Assembly (NCBI GenBank): GCA_022705945.1 | Contig: JAKJDL010000009.1 | Span: 1-63,914 of the forward strand | Source: Candidatus Omnitrophota bacterium | Lineage (GTDB): Bacteria > Omnitrophota > Omnitrophia > Omnitrophales > Aquincolibacteriaceae | Direction of reading: 5' to 3' | DNA length: 63,914 nt | Part shown: piece by piece, positions 50,273-59,700 of the stretch | How the letters are laid out: each line of letters opens with the position of its first letter | Numbering within the stretch: the stretch's first letter is position 1 | The notes under the pieces: generated by a model | What the model was told of the DNA's origin: nothing | What the model saw: only the letters and a program-made list of their open reading frames with translations | Databases searched by the model: none | Translations under genes and position numbers: made by a program

Positions 50273-51142
50273 CTATTTCAGGGCCTGAGCGAGGGCCTTG
50301 AACTGCCCGGTGGTCAGCTCTTCTCCGCGAACCTTTGACGACAGGCCGAGCTTTTCGAAGGCGGATTCAATTTCCGGCCGCTCCCTTTTGGGTTTCAGAT
50401 ATTTCAGAAGAAGAGAAAGAAGGGTTTTGCGGCGTTCGCAGAAGGCGATGCGGATCAGCTCGGGCAGGAAGGTTTCGTCGCCGGCAGACGGGGCGTGGTT
50501 GAACGTAAAGCGGATCACGCGGCTTGTCACCTCCGGAGCCGGAAGGAAGCATTTGGGCGAAACGTCGAACAGAGTCTCGGCCGTCCCGAAAAGAGAGGAA
50601 GAAACACTGAGGCGCCCGTAGTCCTTTGTCCGCGGTTTCGCCGTCATACGCGCCGCCACCTCTTTTTGCATCATCAGCACCGCCGAATGGAAACACTCCC
50701 GGTGATCGATCAGATGGAACAGGATCGGCGTAGAGATGTAATAGGGAAGGTTGCTAACAACCTTCCCTCCCCTACCAACACCCGGTGTTAAACACCGGGT
50801 GTTGGTAGGGGAGAATTTGTTGATGATCTTCGTCAGGTCGCAATCGAGGACATCTCCGGGAATCACTTCAAGAAGACCCGGGAAATGCGGGCCGACCTCA
50901 GCTTCAAGGATTTCGATAAACTTCGGATCTTTTTCGACAGCGATCACACGGTGACCGCGCGAAAGAATCTCGGAGGTCAACGCCCCAAGACCGGGCCCGA
51001 CCTCAAGAATTGTTTCGCCGTTTTCCAGGTCAAGAGCATCCACAATTTTCCGGACCGTATTAGGGTCCATCAAAAGATGCTGGCCAAGATGGCCCCGAAC
51101 CCGGACGCCGTATTTTTTAAGGAGATGAACCTGGCCAACCAT
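50273..51142 (-). CDS. rsmA: 16S rRNA A1518/A1519 dimethyltransferase, carrying an in-frame palindromic insert
   Basis: LGQHLL, EVGPGLGALT, VEKD, SNLPYYIS, MMQKEVA, YGRLSV, FLPAPEV, RRKTL. Confidence 0.96.
   Translation of the reverse strand: MVGQVHLLKKYGVRVRGHLGQHLLMDPNTVRKIVDALDLENGETILEVGPGLGALTSEILSRGHRVIAVEKDPKFIEILEAEVGPHFPGLLEVIPGDVLDCDLTKIINKFSPTNTRCLTPGVGRGGKVVSNLPYYISTPILFHLIDHRECFHSAVLMMQKEVAARMTAKPRTKDYGRLSVSSSLFGTAETLFDVSPKCFLPAPEVTSRVIRFTFNHAPSAGDETFLPELIRIAFCERRKTLLSLLLKYLKPKRERPEIESAFEKLGLSSKVRGEELTTGQFKALAQALK
50767..50813. repeat. 47-bp perfect palindrome inside rsmA
   Basis: CTCCCCTACCAACACCCGGTGTT-A-AACACCGGGTGTTGGTAGGGGAG: 23-bp arms, one central base. Confidence 0.95.
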
Positions 51143-51183
51143 AAGGGAACTTTACCCCGCCGGCCTGATTTGATTTGGACAAA

Positions 51184-52209
51184 TCATGCGGGGTGAACCC
51201 TGTTTAGAACGAGTGTTTCCGAAAGCTTGAGGGCGGCGGTCATCGACGAGGAGTCCGCCTTTCCCTTATAAGCGATATCGTAGGCTGTACCGTGGTCCGG
51301 CGATGTTCGTATATAGGGAAGCCCTAGCGTTACGTTCACGCCGTCGTGGAAGTGAACCATCTTGAACGGCCCGAGACCCTGATCGTGATACATCGCTATG
51401 AGCGCATCAAACTTGCCGTGATAGGCTGAATAAAAAACCTGGTCCGCCGGATAAGGCCCCGACACATTGATCCCCTTTTTACGCGCGCGCTTGACGGACG
51501 GAAGGATGATCCTGTCCTCCTCTTTCCCGCATTCCCTGCCGTGAGGGTTCAGTGCGCAAACCGCGATCTTCGGCCTCCTGATTCCGAACCCCCCGCGAAG
51601 CATTTCCGCGGTCAGTTCGATTTTATCGAGAATTGACTTCGGGGAAAGAAGCGAGCTGACGGTTTTGAGCGGCGCGTGGATCGTCGCGAGCGTCAGCTTC
51701 AGCTTCGGCCCGACGAACATCATCGCATGGCGCTTCGCCCCCGAATGTTCCGCAAAAAATTCCGTGTGCCCGATAAAATCTTTTCGGACGAGCCGGGCCG
51801 AAGCCTTATTGAGCGGCGCCGTCACGATCGCCTGGACCAAACCGCGCCTCGCCAGTTCGGCGGCCGCCTCGATCGCGCGGATCGCCGCCCGGCCGTTCAC
51901 TTTCGCCTCCTTCCCGGCATCAAACGGGGCATCCCCCATTTCCCAAAAATAGACTTTGCCGCCCCGGAGTTTTTCACGCCCGGGAGAAAGGCTCTCGAAC
52001 GGGAACGAAAGACGGGTCTTCTGTTTCAGGAAAGAAAAAATCTTGCGGGAGCCGATCACAATGTACCGGCAGGAGGAGCGGAGCTTGTGACGCCTGAGCG
52101 CCTTGACGATCACCTCGGGGCCGATTCCTCCGGGGTCGCCCATCGTGATCGCAATCACAGGAGGGCGCCGGGAGGATTGCGAATGGCGTAAAATCCGGAA
52201 CTTCCCCAT
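51184..52209 (-). CDS. pdxA: 4-hydroxythreonine-4-phosphate dehydrogenase PdxA
   Basis: TMGDPGGIGPE, TAPLNK, GHTE, LNPHG, GPYPAD, AMYHDQGL, NVTLGLPYIRTSPDHGTAYDIA. Confidence 0.96.
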   Translation of the reverse strand: MGKFRILRHSQSSRRPPVIAITMGDPGGIGPEVIVKALRRHKLRSSCRYIVIGSRKIFSFLKQKTRLSFPFESLSPGREKLRGGKVYFWEMGDAPFDAGKEAKVNGRAAIRAIEAAAELARRGLVQAIVTAPLNKASARLVRKDFIGHTEFFAEHSGAKRHAMMFVGPKLKLTLATIHAPLKTVSSLLSPKSILDKIELTAEMLRGGFGIRRPKIAVCALNPHGRECGKEEDRIILPSVKRARKKGINVSGPYPADQVFYSAYHGKFDALIAMYHDQGLGPFKMVHFHDGVNVTLGLPYIRTSPDHGTAYDIAYKGKADSSSMTAALKLSETLVLNRVHPA

Positions 52210-52236
52210 CCCTATCCTCCTTCCGCCATCCCGGAC

Positions 52237-53202
52237 CTAGCGGATTGAAATATACGCCGTCCGTTTCAGCTGTTGGACCCACTCCTTGAAACGGTCGTTG
52301 CTTTTCATCTGAAAAAGATAGTTCGCTATCTGATCGCGGGCCTCTTCGAAAGGAACCTGCCGGGCTTCCTCTTTTTCCTCGATCCGGAAAATATGGAAAC
52401 CGATCGGGGATTCCACGATCCCGGTCATTTTTCCGGCCGGGGTTTCAAAAATCGCTTCATCCACGGACTCAATCATGGTGCCCTTCTCGATCCACTCCTC
52501 CGGCTGTTTCTCGTTCGCCCGGGAATCCTCGGAGAATTTTACGACCAGCCCCTCAAAATCCTCCCCTTGCTTGATCTTGAGGAAAAAAGACTCGATCCGG
52601 TCCCTGGCCCCTTCATCCGCGATTCCCTTGTCACGGGCTTCCGCGCTTTTCTTGATCGTCAGGGAACGGACCTTGACCCGGGAGGATTTCCGGAATTTTT
52701 CGGGATTTTCCTTATAAAAGGTCTCGAGCTCCGTCGGGGAGACCACAACCTTGGACCTGACCTCGATATCCTGCAGCCGGCGGATCATAAGCTGTTTTTT
52801 CATCTTCTGCCGGAGATCCTTGAGGGTCATCCCTTCCCTCTCGAGCATAACATCGAGTTCCTCCGGCCGATCCATTCTCTGGCTCAGGGACTGGATCTCC
52901 TTATCGATCTCGTCTTCCTTGATCTCGACTTTTTGGGCGACGGCTTCCTGATAGACCAGGCGGTCCTCGATGATCTGGCTCAGTATTTTCGAGCGGGCCT
53001 CCTTGACCATGTTGACAAGCTCCTCGCCGTCAAATTGCTGCTTGTAGTCTTCATAAAGCGGGCGAAGAACCGAATCCAGCTCGGCCTGGGTGATGATCTC
53101 ATCGTTAACGACGGCAACGACCCGGTCGAGGAGTGCTTCCTCGGCGCGGAGGCACGGGGTAAACGCGCACAGAATCAAAAGGGTGAGAACAAGCTTCTGC
53201 AT
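52237..53202 (-). CDS. SurA/PpiC-type periplasmic peptidyl-prolyl isomerase/chaperone
   Basis: Signal peptide, DRVVAVVNDEIITQAEL SurA N-domain, rotamase region (FSED...SPIGFHI); mfd-surA-pdxA-rsmA context; start at MQKLV. Confidence 0.9.
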   Translation of the reverse strand: MQKLVLTLLILCAFTPCLRAEEALLDRVVAVVNDEIITQAELDSVLRPLYEDYKQQFDGEELVNMVKEARSKILSQIIEDRLVYQEAVAQKVEIKEDEIDKEIQSLSQRMDRPEELDVMLEREGMTLKDLRQKMKKQLMIRRLQDIEVRSKVVVSPTELETFYKENPEKFRKSSRVKVRSLTIKKSAEARDKGIADEGARDRIESFFLKIKQGEDFEGLVVKFSEDSRANEKQPEEWIEKGTMIESVDEAIFETPAGKMTGIVESPIGFHIFRIEEKEEARQVPFEEARDQIANYLFQMKSNDRFKEWVQQLKRTAYISIR

Positions 53203-53318
53203 AGTGGAGATATTATAACTCGAATCGCACAACGCGCAACGCACAACAAAAGAACAAATGCATCGGGTCATAAAACCGTCGGGAGGAGAAAACAGATAAG
53301 GCAAAAGCTTAAAAAAAA

Positions 53319-55235
53319 TCAAGGTTTGTCGCTATCTTCCGTCCGCAATCTGTTTTTCTGCTCTTCGACCGCCCGTTTAAGCATTTTACAGTAAAGATCG
53401 AACCCGACGGCGTGGATGAAGCCGCTCTGCTCGTGACCGAGGAGGTTTCCGGCCCCGCGGATCTCGAGGTCCTGCATCGCAATCTTGAAACCGGACCCGA
53501 GCTCCACGAACCGCCCGATCGCGGCAAGGCGCTTTTCGGCATCAAGCGTCATCACCCAGTTCTTCGGGGTAAGAAAATAAGCGTAGGCCTGCCTCGCTTC
53601 CTTGAAACGGCCCACCCGCCCCCGGAGCTGATAAAGATCGGCAAGACCAAAGCAGTCGGCGCGGTTCACGATCAATGTGTTCGCGTTCGGGATATCGATC
53701 CCCGACTCGATGATATTCGTCGAGATCAGACAGTCGACCGCCCCTTTCATGAAGCTCATCATAACCTTCTCAAGGGCCTCGACCGGCATCTGCCCGTGAG
53801 CGACGCCGAAGCGGACGCCGGGCATGAGGTTCCTGAGCTTTTCGTGAATCTTTTCAATGTTTTCCACCCGGTTATGTACAAAATAGACCTGCCCCCTGCG
53901 TTCGACTTCACGCTCGATCGCCTGCTTCACGATATTCTCATGATACTCCATTACAAACGTCCGGACCGGCATACGATGTCGCGGCGGAGTGTCAATTACC
54001 GACATATCGCGGACACCGAGCAAGGCCATGTGGAGCGTCCTCGGGATCGGAGTCGCGGTAAGTGTCAAAACGTCCACCTGGCTCCTCATTTTTTTAAGCG
54101 CTTCCTTGTGCCGGACTCCGAAGCGCTGCTCTTCATCGATAATGACGAGCCCGAGCTCCTTGAACTCAACGTCGCGCGAAAGAAGACGGTGCGTGCCGAT
54201 CACGATGTCCGTCGCTCCCGTTTTAACCGAGCTGACCACCGCTTTCTGCGCGGCAGCCGTCTGGAATCTGGAAAGCAGGCCGACCGTCAGGGGAAATGTT
54301 TTGACACGGTCCTTGAGAAGGATGTAGTGCTGTTCGGCGAGAATGGTCGTCGGCACGAGGAATGCGACCTGCTTGCCGCCCGTCACGGCCTTGAACGCCG
54401 CGCGCATCGCGACCTCGGTCTTCCCGTAGCCCACGTCCCCGCAAAGAAGCCGGTCCATCGGTTTCGAGGTTTCCATATCGCCTTTAACCTCCTCGATCGC
54501 CCGCTTTTGTCCCCGGGTTTCCCGGAACGGAAACTCCGCCTCGAATTTTTTCTGCCAGTCGTGGTCTTCCGGAAAAGCGAAACCCTGCTGGACCCTGCGC
54601 CGGGCCTGGATCTCGAGAAGTTCGCCCGCGACCTTGTGAAGCGCCGTCCGGGTCCTTTGCTTGATCCGCTCCCACTCCCTGGTGTTGAGCTTCGTGAGCT
54701 TCGGTTCCCGGGCGGAGCCGCCGATGTAGCGCTCGACCGGTTCTTTCAGGGAAAGATAGAGGATCTCGGAATTCGCGTATTCGATCGCGTAACAACGTTC
54801 CTTTTTTCCTTCCAGCCGAATCTGCTTTGTTCCGAGGAAACGCCCGATTCCGTAATGGAAGTGAACGACAAAATCACCGCGTTTGAGATCCCCCGCCCCC
54901 TCCACCGGTTCAAAAGTCCCGAAGCGCTCTTCAAGCCGCCGGATTTTTTTCTTAAATTGTCCCGCGAGAGGGATAAGGAAAATCTCTTCGAATGAGGTGA
55001 AGCTTCTTCCTTCCGCGGGAGAAAAATCGCGGATCAGGGATAGCGTGTCGCCCCGGAAATCGAGGCGGACCGGCATCCGGTAGGTTACGGGATAAATATC
55101 GACAGTCCCCCCGCGAATGGAATATTCTCCGGGAAGCTCGACAAGATTTTTTTTCTGATAACGGAGAGCGTCCAAAACCGCTTCGAGTTCCTCAAAGCGT
55201 ATAGTTTCCCCGATCTTGAGATGCCTGATGTCCAT
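53319..55235 (-). CDS. mfd: Transcription-repair coupling factor, truncated 638-aa form
   Basis: [29 protein letters not shown] (RID), [60 protein letters not shown]. Confidence 0.95.
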   Translation of the reverse strand: MDIRHLKIGETIRFEELEAVLDALRYQKKNLVELPGEYSIRGGTVDIYPVTYRMPVRLDFRGDTLSLIRDFSPAEGRSFTSFEEIFLIPLAGQFKKKIRRLEERFGTFEPVEGAGDLKRGDFVVHFHYGIGRFLGTKQIRLEGKKERCYAIEYANSEILYLSLKEPVERYIGGSAREPKLTKLNTREWERIKQRTRTALHKVAGELLEIQARRRVQQGFAFPEDHDWQKKFEAEFPFRETRGQKRAIEEVKGDMETSKPMDRLLCGDVGYGKTEVAMRAAFKAVTGGKQVAFLVPTTILAEQHYILLKDRVKTFPLTVGLLSRFQTAAAQKAVVSSVKTGATDIVIGTHRLLSRDVEFKELGLVIIDEEQRFGVRHKEALKKMRSQVDVLTLTATPIPRTLHMALLGVRDMSVIDTPPRHRMPVRTFVMEYHENIVKQAIEREVERRGQVYFVHNRVENIEKIHEKLRNLMPGVRFGVAHGQMPVEALEKVMMSFMKGAVDCLISTNIIESGIDIPNANTLIVNRADCFGLADLYQLRGRVGRFKEARQAYAYFLTPKNWVMTLDAEKRLAAIGRFVELGSGFKIAMQDLEIRGAGNLLGHEQSGFIHAVGFDLYCKMLKRAVEEQKNRLRTEDSDKP

Positions 55236-55396
55236 ATTTTTCCAGCCTCCGGCCTATAGCCGACAGCTCACATATAAAAAACAAAAATTCACGCTTCTTA
55301 ATGAACGAATCGTTTGCGAAACAAGGCAGCGCAAATGATCCGCGAAAATCAACCGCGTCGTTTCATTGCAACGCGGCAGGGCGAGACGGCTTCATA

Positions 55397-55915
55397 TTAC
55401 CTGACAATAATCGGCGCGTCTCTCCACAGGCCCCGTTTGGCTTGACGCGCATCTTTCTGCAAACTCAAAAACAGATCCTTATATTTCACGTTTGGCGGGA
55501 CCGTGTAAACCGTCGCGTAACCTTCCTTCACAAGCTCGGCGTTGATAAAAGTGCCGTCTTCCAGAAAAAGATACGCGAGCGTACGGCCAAACCGGTCTTT
55601 CGTCTCGACGTCATATTCAAGACGCACGCGTTTCCCTTCCGCCGCCGAACGGGTGAATTGCGCGGACCGTTTCCCGAGCGCAAGAATCGTGTCGTGATCC
55701 CAACCCGTCCGCTCCGCGTCCCGTTTAAGCTTGGCGTTCGACCGCGACTCGGGTGTATCGATCCCGATCAGCCGCACCTTCCGGCCGTCCGACAAGATCA
55801 CCGTGTCCCCGTCCGCCACCCTTTTGACCGTATAGAAAGTCCCCTGACCCCAGACGGCAGGCACGACCGTCCCAAACCAGAAAAAAATAAAAAATGAACA
55901 GAAGATTTTTCCCAT
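55397..55915 (-). CDS. Secreted thermonuclease (SNase family)
   Basis: Signal peptide; VADGDT, VRLIGIDTPE, DRFGRTLAY, NAELVKEGYA, AKRGLW. Confidence 0.93.
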   Translation of the reverse strand: MGKIFCSFFIFFWFGTVVPAVWGQGTFYTVKRVADGDTVILSDGRKVRLIGIDTPESRSNAKLKRDAERTGWDHDTILALGKRSAQFTRSAAEGKRVRLEYDVETKDRFGRTLAYLFLEDGTFINAELVKEGYATVYTVPPNVKYKDLFLSLQKDARQAKRGLWRDAPIIVR

Positions 55916-55981
55916 CAAAGAGATTATAGAACGGAGAAAATGAAGGGGACAGGCAATTCATCAACATTTGTCCCCTTTCCG

Positions 55982-56010
55982 GTGACTGTCATCCGTCTCG
56001 CGGTTATAAT
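55982..56010 (+). promoter_or_regulatory. Candidate sigma70 promoter for the M50 protease
   Basis: GTGACT, 17-nt spacer, TATAAT (56005-56010). Confidence 0.5.
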
Positions 56011-56079
56011 ACCTGCGCTTTCCCGCTGTGTTTTTTCTGTTCTGTTTTTCACTTTTGAAAGGATAAGGATAAAGAAATC

Positions 56080-56715
56080 ATGGGGTTACTGCGACTGCTT
56101 TATCAGGACCCGCTGACGTTCGCACTGCTCGCGGTCCTTTTGCTATATTCGGTGATCCTTCACGAGGTGGCGCACGGGTGGGTCGCGAGCCTTTTCGGGG
56201 ATGACACGGCCAGGCGCTCGGGGCGGCTCACGCTCGCGCCGCTTCCCCATTTAAGTCCCGCCGGAACTCTCGCCCTCTTTCTCGTGGGATTTGGATGGGC
56301 CAGGCCGGTGCCGGTCAATTACTCGCGGCTGACCCCGCGGCGCGCGGGTTTTTTCTGCGTGTCGCTCGCGGGCTGCGCGGCAAATATCCTGATCGCTGCG
56401 GCCGCGGCCGCATTGCTTCAATCCGCCAGGATTAGCTCCGTCCCGCTTTTGGCAAAAGCCCTCCCGATCCTCGTCTACATCAACATCACTCTCGGAGCCC
56501 TGAACCTCATCCCGATTCCCCCGCTCGACGGCTCCAAAGTCGTAATGAGCTTCCTTCCCGGCAAGGTCCGGCAGACGCTCACCCGGATCGAACCTTACGG
56601 GTTTGTGATACTGATCCTCCTCATCGTGAGCGGCCTCCTGACCCCGGTGCTCCTCGCGATACAAAAAATGCTCTTTACCCTTATCGCTCTCATGCTTCAA
56701 CTGCACCCGGCATGA
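56080..56715 (+). CDS. Site-2 protease family (M50) intramembrane zinc protease
   Basis: LHEVAHG, GRLTLAPLPHL, FGWARPVP, LAGCAAN, NLIPIPPLDG; the only recognised plus-strand gene. Confidence 0.95.
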   Translation: MGLLRLLYQDPLTFALLAVLLLYSVILHEVAHGWVASLFGDDTARRSGRLTLAPLPHLSPAGTLALFLVGFGWARPVPVNYSRLTPRRAGFFCVSLAGCAANILIAAAAAALLQSARISSVPLLAKALPILVYINITLGALNLIPIPPLDGSKVVMSFLPGKVRQTLTRIEPYGFVILILLIVSGLLTPVLLAIQKMLFTLIALMLQLHPA

Positions 56716-56727
56716 AACAGGTGCCGT

Positions 56728-59700
56728 TTACGCGGCTTTCTGGATCGAGGCTTGGGCTTGGTAGGTGCGCTGGAGAGCGGCAAGAAGAGCGCTTCGATGC
56801 ACTATCAGGTGGCGGCCGTTCATTGAAAACACGGCTTCGTCCCGGGCTACGGCATCAAGCTGGAAGAGAAGCTTGCATAATTCCGCGTTGATTTCCGCGG
56901 GTGAAGGAGCCTTCCCCTCCATTTTAAGCCGGGTATAAACAATCCCGGCCGCGATCCGGGTGACATGCTCCGCAATCTCAAGGAATGTTTCTCCCGTAAT
57001 GCTTCCGTCATCATCTAATCCGACACCGAAAAGATTGGGGTTGTTTTCAAAATAAGAAGCTCCAATATCTTCCGAGATAACGGGAATGGCCCCGCGGTTT
57101 TCGGCGGCAACCGGATTAAACGTGGCCAGGCTCCTTACCGTCTGAACGATTAATCCCTCCAGATCGTTCCGGTTCAACCGTTGGGCCTTGTCGCCCGGGA
57201 AGACGACCGTCTCGAGGCCAAACCGCACCGCCCGCAGGGCTTCCAGAAAATTCTTGTCGGGGGCCCGGTCAAAAACAGCCGTCATATTCCCCTTAAGATC
57301 GGATGCCCGAAGGAAATCCCGGAGGCCGTCGCTAATCCTTTCAATGAAATCACGCGCCATCTGGTCCGTGACCCGAACGGGCGATCCCGGTTGCCGGCTT
57401 TGGGACTCTGCGGCGCTTTCGATCTTGCTGATCGCATCCGCCATCATCTGCTCAACAAACTTATCAATCCCCATTTCTTTCACCGCCCGGACAAGCTCTC
57501 CTGCCTGCTCGGGAGACATCTCCCCTTTTGGCATCGAAGGATCCAGCGCCCCGGCAGCCACCTGAGCCGCTGTTTCTCCACGGACTCGCACCTCCGCGCG
57601 GCGGAGTCCCTGCTGTCCGGAGCGGGCGGGGACGGCTTGCCCTGGTAAAACCTGCACTTCAACGGGTTTGGCCTTGCCTGTCGGTAACGCAAGAAAAAGC
57701 ACATCTCCCCAGGTCTCCACTCTATAATTTTTTGATAAATTATCCTGGATTGCTTTCTTGTCATCTACGGAATAATTAGGACCTGCGATTCGATTCCCGA
57801 ATCTATTGTGAATCAAGTAGCCCTCAGGGCTTAAGAGAGGACGGAGCGATTTTAGATAGTTCGTGTACGGCTCGTATGACGCCTGGTTGGCGAGATGATG
57901 CAGGGCGGAATAACTGAACAGGATGTCGATTGATCCCGCCTCAAAGTGTTTTGAAAAATTATCTGATGGATCCAGAATCAGCCTGATTCCAAGCTTGGAT
58001 GCCTCTTTCCATTCCGGCGCGATCATGTCAGCGAACCCGATGAGCTCCACCGCATCTCTCAGGCCTTTCTCTTTGAGAGTTTTGTCCAGCTCCATGAGCG
58101 CGCGCGCGTTTCCGCAGCCCCAGTCCACAATTTTTATTTTCCCTTCTTTACCCTCTGCTTTCGCGGCACTTGCTTTTGCCATAATATCCTCAACAAAATC
58201 AATGCCCGCCTGATTAAAACTATCACTGACTTCCTTTAAAGAAGTCTCAAATATTCTCCAGTCACCAAACTTGAGAGTCCCGTCGGAGTTTATTCGCAGC
58301 CCCTTGTGCCCTTGTAATTCCGCCAATTGGGTCAGATCTTTACGATTAATATTTGCGGTCGTGGAAAATTTAAAACCAGCCTCGATTGTCACTTCATGTG
58401 CTTCCATGCGCGCTTCCGAGCGGGCAACGGTTTCTCCTGTTTCGTCAACCAATCGAGCTAACCGCGCAGGATCGACTTTCGCCAAGTCAATCAACCCCAC
58501 AATAAACGGAATCAGTTTTTCTTCAGACTTCTCCCACTCATCGATTTCAGCGATATCTGAACCGGATAAAAAATCATCCTTAGCGACTCTCAAGCGTTCC
58601 CAGGGTCTGGTTCTTTGTTTAAGTTGAACCGCTTTGCTACCTAAAAACATGGGTTTTTGTAATTTACGGAAAAAAGCTTCACCCCCGCCTGGACCTTCCG
58701 AAAGCTCAGAAGTCTCGAGTCGAAGATCTCCTTTATGAACCTTGGTGAGTTTCGTGAGCCATTGGTAGAATAAATGTTCCCCGGCCCTGCGCCCGCGAGC
58801 TTCAGGAGCAGTAAAGATTAGACCCAATTCATAGTGATCCTTCGCCAACTGCTTGTATGTGAGAAAGCTCAAGACCGGTCCATTCCTTTCCCTCAACGCA
58901 AGCATCTTGTAATCCCCTCCCATATAGGCCGCCGCTCCGAACATGTGCAAAGCGTTGCCTCGGCCAAAATCATCCCGCAAGCGAACGATCTCCGGGTCAC
59001 CTTCGTTTACCTCGGCAACCTCATATTTCGGCATCGACCCTGTTTTTGATCTTGTCATTGTCCGACGAAATACATCGATAGCTGTCCGGATTTTCATGAT
59101 TTGAGCATGAGTAGAAGCGTCCAAGCTGCGAAGCGAACGATTGAGGGCATCCTGCTGTTCTGCAGGCGTACCCAAATATTTCCAGGATAAAATGCGGCGC
59201 TGTTCTTCGTTCCTCACGCGTTTGATCTTCGCGAGTTCCTGCTCCTGGCTCTTAAGAAAAGCCTCCAGTGCCGGATTATTGGCCAAAAGCTCTGCCGTTG
59301 CCCATGCCGGGAAAAGCTTTTCGTAATACATATGCGGGAACCGATCTTCCACATTCACGGTTCGGGCCGGCACTTCAGCTGTTTTTCGAGCTTCCGAGCG
59401 GGCGGGGGAGGCTTTGCCGGTTTTTGAGCGGCCCGCAAGTTCTGTCATCGCCGCAATCTCATCCGAATACGCATTGCTCACAGAGATGATCACATCAAAG
59501 TGTTCACCGGGCCCCAGATCCTTGCGCTTGAGCCTGACCCACCGGTTTATTTCATTTTCCACTCTCTTCTGATTTAGCTTTCGATTGTGCTTGCCGGCCT
59601 CCTGTTCAATGACTTCCCAGACTTTGTCGTTGAACAGAAAATCCGTTACTTTCTCTAAACGCAGCTTAAGGGAAAACCCTTTCTCCGTCATCACCAGTTC

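Noticed and set aside
53412-54995. Long plus-strand ORFs (527 aa here; also 39487-40626, 29455-30495, 52273-53394, 8385-9377)
   Set aside because: They lie antisense to well-supported genes and have no recognisable motifs; they are shadow ORFs expected in high-GC coding DNA.
55245-55255. GCCTCCGGCCT resembling part of a c-di-GMP-I riboswitch
   Set aside because: The upstream GGCAAA/GAAA/GACGCAAA elements are missing; it is the complement of the mfd GGAGG RBS.
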